Under the pieces are notes generated by a model. That model made no database searches, was not told where the DNA came from, and saw only the letters and a program-made list of their open reading frames with translations. The position numbers were made by a program, and so were the translations under genes. Below are positions 53,113 to 64,000 of a stretch of DNA of 64,000 nucleotides, in pieces. Within the stretch, counting starts at the first letter, position 1. Each line of letters begins with the position of its first letter. This stretch comes from Octopus sinensis (taxonomy: Eukaryota), in contig NC_043009.1 of the NCBI RefSeq assembly GCF_006345805.1, positions 55,862,001-55,926,000 of the forward strand. The letters are read 5' to 3'.

Positions 53113-56100
53113 TTTCCCACCTTTTGAAATATGCTAAGAAAATGTTGGAAGTTTCTAATCCTCTTCTTTCGTTTTTTTTTTTTTTTTTAATTTATCTCTC
53201 CGTAATTGTTACACTTCTTTTGGCTGTTTAGCTACTAGATCTCCATGAAACATAAATGTAGCAAGAAGTATTACTAGCTGAGAGAGAGAGAAAGACGGAC
53301 AGACAGACAGGCTGACAGGCAGAGACACGCAGAGACAGACAGAGACAGACAGATACAGAGACAGTGAGAAAGAGAAAAAGGGGAGAATTTTGAGAGTTGG
53401 AGAAAGAAGGAACAGAATCGCAAATGGTGTCGAAAGGAGAATCAACATGCTTTTGTGAAACGTAGATAAAGTCAGACGAAATAGCATAATTAACATTCTT
53501 AGCCACAGAATTCGAAATATCAAAAAGCGATAAAGTTGTTCTACACTTATCAAAAAAAAAACATGACCTATATAGATATGTACAAAATATACATTTGTTA
53601 ATTTTTTTTTCTTCCACGATAAACCCACTGAACTGATTTCCCGCTGCATTGTCTCACTTTTTCAAATACCCAAACGAAATAAACTTGTTTTGAAAGCCTT
53701 GTACTTTTAAAAGGAAATAATTTCTTTTCAGAAATGGAGTACTTATCACTTTAAAGGCCTCTACTCAATCTGCTACATATTCTATCGTTCAGTTAGTGGA
53801 ATTGCTTAGTCATAGAACGTAAAGCAAGACAGCAAAAGCAACACTAGTTTTAGGTTGATAAACACGGTCACGAAGAAATATAAGATTGGCTTCAGTTTTG
53901 GTCAACCTGAAACTGTAGAAGACACTTAGGCATTTGCCTAAGGTACTGGGCCGATATGTTGACCAGAAATATGTAGTGTGAAGCAAGCCCATTAACTACA
54001 CACCATTATCTACGTTTAAGTATGATTATTCACATAATGAGCGGTGTGTAATATACATTTCATACTAAAATTCTACACTTGGCTAAGAAATTTCTCCAAG
54101 TAGAGGTAAGAAATTATGTCATATCTCCATCTTACCAACAACTACAATGTGATGGAGTATACGATTCACTGTGTCCCGTCGAATCACGTTATTCTTCCTA
54201 TCACTGCCGTTACTCATCTTTATCACCGTCTCTTACTGGCAATTCAAGTTGGTAACCTTAATAACTATCACACTGTCTTCTTCTCTTCTGCACTTCTCAC
54301 TGCCATTCGGGTTATGGACGAGTCAGTTTATCAACTGAGTCTATCGTAAATATTGTCGCGCTCCTTCTATGAAACGGAAGGAGGAAGAGCCATTTTCATC
54401 GTACTTGTCGCTATGGCGAAAGAATGTGTATGGTAGACGCGTCTGAAAGGTCTAGAGATAAACACTATCCTCTCTGGTGAATCTCTCATCAACTCTTTCA
54501 AGTATCTCTTGAAGAGGAAGGTGAGAGCAGAGAGGGAAATTTTGTCTAGTGAATGTTTCAATAAAAAATGGGTGAATGTAGCAAGGATGGTACGTGTGAA
54601 AGACGGAGCCACCTTGAGCATAATCCTATAAACCAGAAAAAGAAAGGAAAAAAGAGTCACTTACTGTAATGTGCTTTTTGCATGACACTATTGCCCGAGG
54701 TTACCGTGGTCTTTTCCGTAGGCTTTTCTTTCCATGGATGAACCTAATCTGTTTCCACTTTTACAGTACGACATTTATTTGATACACGATCCCTATTGAT
54801 CGGCCTTTTTTTGTTTCTTCCTTCTTTCCACGATGCCTTTTGATCGAATTTCTACCCTACCACCACCACCACCAGTTTTGCTCTTCCCCAAAAAGAAAAG
54901 CTCTACTTTGTATTTTGTCCATCTGTGTTCAGCCCTGTGTGGCCAATAAAGAAACATATCTATCGACCTACCTACCTATTTATCCACCTACCTATCCATC
55001 CACCTACCTAATTATCCACCTACCTATCTATCTACATATCTATCTTTCGACATATCTATCTACATATTTTGTAATAGGATAGAATAGTGCGAGAAGAGGA
55101 GGTAAAAGAATAAGAGAGAAAAAAGAAAGAGTAAAAAGATCTATAGGGTAAGTACTTTTACTGCACCAGATTTTAAGTGTTTTATGTCTAAATGTAGCTT
55201 ATCACCAGTCAAACATAATTCAGTAAACTAGTGGAGGCGAGAATTCATTTATCAAAGGTTTATTACTTTACGCACATCAGGGCTTAAGTCGCCAGTTATT
55301 TCTGTTTAGTTCATTCAGATTCGTTTCACACTCACTGTTGACAGTCTTTTGTTTTTGCTTCTCCTCCCGGAAGTCCCTTTTTTCCTGCTGGTCAACTCCC
55401 TATCTAACCCGCAGCGAAGTTTCTGTCGACAGTTCGTCTGTCACGAATTCTACTCTACATAGCTCCCTCCCGCCAGAACTGTTGACTGTCATTGGAAACG
55501 GGAAGGCGTTTTAATTGTTCTGCCCATGCGTGTGGTTACTCGATTCTTTGGTGACTGTTCCTTGTCGAGGGCCACTTGAATGGGGCTGCCACTATCGAGA
55601 TGGGCCGGTTTCAATCTAACGATGGAGACTGTCTTGTCGTCCACCAATTAGGAGTTGGAATGCTTTATCTCCCGGATGTATGACTTGATATGGACCATCG
55701 TAGGGTGACTGGAAGGGTTTTCGTCGTGTGTCATGTGGAACGAACACAAAGTTAGCCGTGCGGGGGTCATTCGGTACCGATGATCTGGGTGTACCGTGTG
55801 TCGACATGGGAACAGGGTTCAACCGGCCCACGCTGTCTCTCAGCTGAGCGAGATACCTTTTGACATCCGGCTCTGACTTCGTATTTGGAAGGCACTGTAA
55901 GGGGAGCGCCGTAAACCATTTCCGCGGAAGAAGTGTTGAAATTTTCTTTTGGGTCGGTGCGGATTCCCAGCATCACCCATGGGAGTTGGTCAATCCAATT
56001 TGGTCCGTTAAGTCTGGTTGTCATAGATTCCTTCAGGCGACGGTGAAATCTCTCCACTAATCCGTTGGCCAGTGGGAGGTAGGATGTTGTGCAGTTCATC

Positions 56101-57259
56101 GTGATTCCAAAAAGGTCACACACGTCATTCCACAGCTTTGAGATGAGCTGTGGACCACCCCAATCGGATGAGATGCTATCTGGGACACCGAAACAGGCGA
56201 CACAGTTTGCGATTAAGGCTCGGCTGACTTCTTGTATTTCGAGCTGCAGAGAGGGATAGCTTCGGGCCAACGGGTGTAGTTGTTTACAAAGGTCAATAGA
56301 TACGAGCGAGCCTGTGAAGGAGGTCGGGGCCGACAAGGTCGATGTTAACATGGCTGAATCGGGCCTGAGTTGGTTCATAGTTGCCGAGGGATGCTTTGGT
56401 GTGTTAATGGACCTTGGCTTGTTGACAGGGGATGCAGGACCTGGTCCAATCCCCGATTCGCTTGGCCATACCGTGCCAGATAAATTTGCTTGACAGGCTT
56501 TAGTATCTGGGTAGGAAAGTCCGTGAATGATGTCGAAAACTTTCTTGCGCCAGACTGATGGGACGATCGGTCGTGGCTTCTCAGTGGATACGTCACAAAG
56601 TAAGGTTGTGCTGGTACAGGTACTTTATTGTATCAACACCAAAAGAACGAAAGGCAAAGTTGACCTTAGAACGTAAAGCTTCTCGCATGCGACAATTGAT
56701 GTTTTCCGCCCATGCAAGTCCGTATAAAGAGTGGATTTGTGATTCATGTGTTAGTTTGATAAATGCAACGTTCGAACCTCTCAGATTTTGAAACACATAT
56801 GTAATCTAAGAGCCAAATATAAAAATCTATTTAGTCATATGTAGTTGTCCAACCAAATGCTGGTTGTTGAACATGAATGAAAAGATGGGTAAGACACAAG
56901 TAGTTTTCAAAAATTTCCCTTTATTCTGTTACTTTCAGATCTTTCATTATAATCCATAATTTTCTTATATATAAATTTTCTTTTATTTTTAAGCTAGTTC
57001 CCTTGTGTCTTCCTCTTGCTGTTTCTACGTACATTTTTGCTTTCTAAAAGCAGTTATCTTTTGATATAATGATGCTTTTTTTTTTGTTATCTACGTATAA
57101 AGACACTTGATTTCTAATACATATTTATGGTATAACAAAGCATGAAAAAAACTGTATTTCTTTAACAAATGATCATCGACTGCACATAAGGCGTTGATAT
57201 ACAATCCGAATTATTAATGTTAGTTATACTATGTGGGATTTTCTATGAATCATTCCTCT

Positions 57260-58198
57260 CTATTGGCTTTCTGTCCCTCCTAATTTTTTCTGATGATTTT
57301 CTTTAAGTTGTCGTCGAGCCTCGTCAATAATTGTTATGAGCGACAGCGTATCAGAATGGGTGTGAGCGGGGCATTCAAGTTCACCTTTAAAAAAAAGAAA
57401 GCGAAAAAAGATTAGAAAAATATTGCAACGGATTTTTTTTTTTTCATTTTCTTGCCTATGTGTACAAATTCTGTGCTGATACATGCAAAGGCGCAAAACA
57501 CACACAATTATATTCGGTGGGGGTCCCACACATGCTGAATCGAAAAACATTGATTAAGAGGTATTATTCAAGGAATTACTCAACAAATATGCTTTCTAGG
57601 AGGTGTTTAAACTCTGCAAATAAAAAGACAATTCCAATTAAGTCATTTGACTAAACTTTTCGTGGATAGTAAAAGAGGGAACAGCTGTAAGTTTCGATTC
57701 TTACTGGAATCGTCATCAGCAATCGTAAACTGTCCTTAATAATCCTCGGGACGTTGATTTAAAATATGCCTACTAGTCAATAATTTTAGGGCTTATGGTA
57801 AACAGGTTACACTAATTTCCACGTTTTTCTTGGCAACGAGATCGAATATTGCTTAGCTAGTATGTGAATGTTTCGTTTTACAACTATTCTTTATATTACT
57901 ATGCAAAAAAGTCCGTGTCCGTTACTTGGGTTTCAGTTTACTCATTGACTCTGTATCAATTTCTATTGCATAATATAATTTGTAAGAAGATACACATACA
58001 TACACAGATGATGTGTTGGAACAGCTGTATAGTAAATATTTCCTGTAGATCAACGGTGAGATTGAATGCAACGTGGAATGTGAGCGGCAGGTTTTAGACT
58101 CGGTCATTAATCACCGAAATTAATTACTGCTCCACGTGTTACCATCTGTGCTACCCTTACATACCCATTAATAATACTACAATAAGATGTGTTAATGC

Positions 58199-58250
<52 letters not shown>

Positions 58251-58823
58251 TCATAATAATAAATGACCTGATATAGTACCAGGCAGTTGCGCCCATGGCT
58301 TCTTATCTTAACTGATTGGAAGTGTTATCATGTACATCGTTTGTCTTGGTATAAAATATGGGCTACAGCAAATATTCTGCTCAATACCACAGATTTATCA
58401 GTTGTTTGACCTTAACAAGCTGTTTGACTTTGTCAGTTGAGTATGTCCCTTAGTGGCTGACGATATGTGCATTTCTGATCGCGTGTAGATGCAGTGGGGG
58501 AGCATCATAGCCACGTGTTGAGAGGAAATATTTGGGGTTTGGAAAATTCACCTTTGGAAACGTGGGCATTTCGTTCAACGTCCTCAAACAACCCTTATTC
58601 AGGGATCTCCTGAGCGGGATGCGCTACTCAACCTGAAGAAAATTCCTACTGGGCCCTACCTGCAAGGTCACGCGATGTTTATCTTGATATGAGATCAGCG
58701 TGTCGCGCATATATGGTTGTGATGCATGTGCCTGGTGTACGCTTATCAGATGGGTAGTCATGATGGGCTTCGTAAATTTTACCCCAGTGTCACTTTGATG
58801 GTACGCACTGCTCTCTCACTCGA

Positions 58824-58870
<47 letters not shown>

Positions 58871-59076
58871 ACAACAACATCAATAATAATAATAATAATA
58901 ATAGTAATAATTTTGCCACAAGGGCAGCAATTTTGTGGGGGTGATGAGTCGATTACATTGATCCCAGTATTCAACTGGTACTTATTTTATCGAGTCCCAA
59001 ACGATGAAAAACAAAGTCGACCTCGGCAGAATTAGTAATAATAATAATAATGTTAATAATAATAATAGTAATAATA

Positions 59077-59116
<40 letters not shown>

Positions 59117-59693
59117 GGATGATGATGATGGTGAATTCTTTTATTTCCCACCAATGCGAAGGCTGAGAACAATAATGCAAAGATAGACAAATTGTTGGGA
59201 TTTATATACAATGAAATGATAAAGAAAAAAGGAGTAATTAAACACGATATACACAGTATACAAAGGTAAAAATTTAAAAAAAAGAGACGATAGTGATGTA
59301 AGTCCTCCTGATATAGGAGGGCTTCTAGGGATAATCGAGGAACTCTACCGCTTAAGATCTCCCTTAACACGCAAATATCTGCAAGATCATCAGCATAGAC
59401 CATGCTGATGATCTTGCAGACATTTGCGTGTTCATGTACGTAAATATTAACAAGTGAAACCAATGGTACATAGGTAATCGTTTTTTTATATTTCGCATAT
59501 TTTCATATGTCTTGCTTATTTTTACATTTTGTTTTTTTGCTGAGATTTTTCTTGAGAACACATTCTTCGTGGTAATGGCGATTTGACGTCTATGTTTAGC
59601 ATGCAGGGTGTCCACTTTAGTGGTCATTCCTCTAAATTTTGTGTGTGTATATATATATATATGCATTAGTTGTAGTAGTGTCAGAAACTTCAC

Positions 59694-59767
<74 letters not shown>

Positions 59768-60409
59768 AGGAGGAGGAGGAGGAGGAGGAGGAGGAGGTGG
59801 AGCCTCAACAATTATTCAGTTATATGATAGTACACTTTTAATAAAAGTGATGGAACACATCAAACTTACCCTTCTCGAAACATTGGCGTACAGCTTCAGC
59901 CTCGTAAGCTAATCCAGCGCTATTGGGGTAATTATACTCAGCATCAGATTTATGGAGTGGAAATTCTCTTTCTTCTCCATTTATCTCGATTTTGGTAGTG
60001 CTCCAAAATGGTGAATGTATCTGTTGAAACAGGAGCATACAGTAAATGCGTCAAAGCAGTTTGCTTTAATTTCTTGACTATTAATGCTGAATATGTTGGA
60101 GTTAGCGCAATAAATTGATGAATAACTTGAATGTTAGATTTAGTACACTAGTTATAAGTCTTTCATTAACGACACCTTATCTTTTGAATGTGAACAATGA
60201 CTACAATAGCAGTTAATTTTAATTCTAAATCAACTCGCCATAAATTTAATTTTAAAATTATTTTTAGATGAAATGATTACTTACGTAAATTTTGCCTTGA
60301 GTTCCATAAATATATGCGTCACTTTTTTTTGTCACAGTCCTATCATAGGACAAAGAAGCTTTGGCTCCATCCTTATAAGTCAAAATAAGATTGGCAGATT
60401 GGTCGACAC
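57260..60409 (-). CDS. DHDH: DHDH-like paralog 2, copy B, exons 5-7 (5' exons lie beyond the window)
   Basis: Exons 60409-60285, 60020-59870 and 57384-57260. One codon differs from copy A (D/E); intron 6 donor is GT. Confidence 0.88.
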
Positions 60410-62858
60410 CTTTTCCAAATGAAACAATATCATTTCTTATATTTCGTTTTTACAAAAATGCAGTCATGGCATACAAATCACCACATCTAGGAGCATGACA
60501 AGGATGAATATTGTCAGCTGTGTTTTTCCCTCGTTTGCATGGTCTATCAATACAAAAGACCTGTATACACCTCAATCCTTTGCTATTCTAATTGGGATGC
60601 TTAACAAAATCAAGTTTGAGCTACAAACAGAAGGCATGTATGTTGGTGTACCATTAGATGAAGTAGGGTTTTAATGTTTTTGTATTCATTTTTAATTTGA
60701 TTTATGCCTGCACATGGCATCACTAATAAAAACTCTGTCTTCTGTAATAAGTTATGAATATATTAATCAGTTTTACACTCAACCGAAATATATACATATG
60801 CCAAACCGCTTCGTTACACAGTATAAGCAATATCAGTTTTTAAACTAGTAAACATAAACACAGACATAGACACACATGGAATGGGTTTCTGTACAGTTTC
60901 AGATAAGCAAATTCTCACATCGCTCAAATCAAAGCGATAGACGATAGTTGAAGAGTCCCGTCTTAAGTGATATGCTTTGTAGTGGAACTGAATCCAGAAC
61001 TAGATGGTTGCAAAATAAATTTTTGAACCACACAGCCATATCTGAACTTAAGTATGTCACTTATGCATAATAGGATATAACATATTTTTATCGAAGTCTT
61101 CCTCTGGCTAAAAAACTTAACAATTAATTGTTCAGTCAACTAGAAATTACATCTTATTTCTCCTCTTTATCAACAACCATTATGCAGCTGTATATGACCC
61201 GCTCTCTCTGTCTTTCTCTCTCTCTCTTTTCTATTCTTCGTCACTCTATCACCTCACTCCTCTAATTTTGGTTCTCTTCTATTATCCCTTTTACTTTCAC
61301 TGTCCTTCCTAATATGAGTCTCTTCCTTTCACATAGCGTGAGAAAAAAAGAACAAGTAAACAATAGGTGGAAGAAAGGACACTCCTTAGTCTTGAAGAGG
61401 TAAGATTTCTCTCTGATGTTAGTGAACAAACGAACTGTAAAAACATGGAGTAAATAGGACCCTTAAACCTTTCAGAGGCAAAATAATCTCTCCAGAGCCC
61501 CTGCTACGAAGAAATCACACGTGCACCCAAAACACTCAGTAAATATTTGGTTTTGGAAGAGCATCCAGCAATAGAAACCATGCCAGAAATGTAAAATGCG
61601 AGAGGGGATAGTCTCAGACTTAAGAAAGCAGTCAGAACAAATAGGATCTGTGTGTAAGAACCCATCCATCCTATTCCAACATGGAAAAGTAGATGGAAAA
61701 GATGATGATGTTGATGATGATGATGCGTTGGGGAATCAATACATGATGGTACCACATGATGGTAGCATCACGTATTGACGCCATGATGGTACCACATCAC
61801 ACAAGGACAGCTGTGATCTTGGAGTTGTAATGGGGTCATAATGCAGAGGCAAAACTAAGCACGTTATGTCGGCTCTAACAAAATATCCACAAAAGATAAG
61901 TTAACTGCTGAAAAAAAGAAACAATCAAAAGTAAAAAAAAAAACATTGATGACAACGATAAATATATTGTGTCCAATCAATATGGTGCTTCGCCTTACGA
62001 TTCATATATAATGAGTTGATCGATCATGCCATCAGTTTTGATGATTTCAGGCTGGCTTTCAAACGATTGTTTTCTAGTGTATTAGCACTTGGTATGCATC
62101 CATATTTGATGTGCAATTCGGTTTTTCTCAAATTGCATGCAGTGCTTAACAAGCAGAGACCTCTATTTAATTTTATTGACTGTAAGATGCTATCCGTTTT
62201 TAATGTTAATATACAACTACTTAAAGGCAGCGAGCTGGCAGAAACGTTAGCACGCTGGGCGAAATTCTTAGCGGTATTTCGTCTGTCTTTATGTTCTGAG
62301 TTCAAATTTCGCCGAGGTCGGCTTTGCCTTTCGTCCTTTCGGGGTCGATAAATTAAGTACCAGTTGCGTCCTAAGGTCGATCTAAGTGACTGGCCCCTCC
62401 CCCAAAATTTCAGGCCTTGTGTCTAGAGTAGAAAAGAATACACAACTACTTAGGGTTTTCTTTTGTGACAGCAGGACAGAGATTTCTTGGTTTGTTCTAT
62501 TGAAAAGAAAATCTGTATTGCAAAGGATTAAGAAATGATCTCACTCGCACAATCAGTGGCCATATTATACTTCTAAAGAGGTGGTCTTGTTAATCACTGA
62601 ATAACAAATGTTGGGATAAGAAAACAAATCTGACACTATTTAGATTTTCACATTTGTTGCCAAACAGCAAGCAGTAAACCCCAATATCTCTGTTTTTAAT
62701 CAAACTAATGAAACATTAGTTGATGTAAATTTAATTTTTAATAATGTTCTTATTACACAAATTAATATTCAAAAGTTGGTTTCAAAAGAGCAGTTATAAA
62801 GTCTATTTTAAAAGACATTCCGTTGTACTTAAAATGCTTTTTCTTTCTAGCTAGCTAT

Positions 62859-62973
<115 letters not shown>

Positions 62974-63576
62974 ACTGCGTAATAAGGTTCATTAATTAAG
63001 ACAGCAAAGTGTAATTTGAAGAAGCTCTCATCTTTAGCAAATTGAGCTAATAGTCCTTTTGTTGACTCCAAAAGTAATTTTTCTTAGTGGAAACCGTCAC
63101 CGCCTCTTCAACGACTTCCTTATTGAGAAAGAATTGTATTTGTTTGGCAAGGGATTTTATCTGTTATTGTATGTTGAAACTAATACATTTACACCATTGT
63201 AGGAAATTTATCGTCTGGTCAGAGATAATATATTCTCCACTTTATTTCACGGGTCATGTCAGAATGTATAACGAATGTTTCTGATGTTATTGCAATTTTT
63301 TTTTTAAAGGTGTAAACATTTTTTCACGCTAAGAGTTGCTGAAGCATGGAACAAACTGCCGGCATCAGTTGTTAGTTGTCGGAGCACTCCATCCTTCAAA
63401 ATTTCCATGCTTCTTGAGATTCGCCAAAACTGCACCTGATTTTCTCCCTCCATACACACGCAAGCATGTGTCTGACTCATACACTCTTCACTTCCCAGAC
63501 ATTTGTACATTACTGCATATGCTTTATACGCACTTTTGACATATTGTGGTGCAGCTGAGCACTGTATACAATAATT

Positions 63577-63644
<68 letters not shown>

Positions 63645-64000
63645 GTTCAGTAGTTTTATTTTTATAGCGTGCTTTCACTTCACTACCGAGCGCAGCTCTG
63701 TGTGCCTTGGGTATGTGCTGTGATTTGTTGTGATGCTCTGATGGTTATTGTATGGAAAGTGTTCTGCGTAGGATGTGTGCAGTACCTAGTAGTGCAATTT
63801 TCTGTATGTTATATGTGTTTGTAAGTCCTGGTGTTTTTGTTATGTATTTGTCTGGATATTTTTTTATCATGCCTAATGCACCTACTATGATAGGAATTGT
63901 TTCTGTTTTCAGATTCCACATTCTGGTTACCTCTATTTCAAGGTCTTTGTATTTTGAGAGTTTCTCCATTTCTTTTAGAGACACGTTGTCATCTGCCGGT

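Noticed and set aside
59390-59420. YADDLA (RT-like motif) in ORF 59053-59463
   Set aside because: It falls inside the hairpin, no other RT motifs flank it, and copy A does not encode it. Treated as chance or an unrecognisable relic.

Overview
Eukaryotic, AT-rich, microsatellite-dense DNA with no prokaryotic features. The tRNA-derived SINE families look like those of octopus, so the species call is inference. The window holds a minus-strand cluster of intron-containing DHDH-like genes (Gfo/Idh/MocA dihydrodiol/D-xylose dehydrogenase, with the 7-coding-exon layout of human DHDH) inside a large direct duplication: 1-16125 recurs at 42834-64000. Paralog 2 (9443-35381) has an intact 337-aa ORF, but its EKP motif reads EQT. 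Paralog 1 is broken in both copies: a 2,488-bp deletion in copy A and an in-frame TGA in copy B. An orphan, SINE-split exon 1 lies at about 40.6-41.2 kb. Introns and spacers carry Tx1-like, R4/Dong-like, CR1, Penelope, Ty3/Gypsy, Tc1, MITE, Helentron-like and SINE remnants. The most unusual structures are: (i) a Penelope element with 1.75-kb inverted terminal repeats, each carrying a type I hammerhead ribozyme motif; (ii) an adjacent 4-unit, roughly 830-bp tandem array in which each unit joins that hammerhead to a Helentron-like element; (iii) a Tx1-like LINE family tied to (TATC)n tracts, seen here as both a filled and an empty site. All coordinates and counts were read by eye; no database searches were run.
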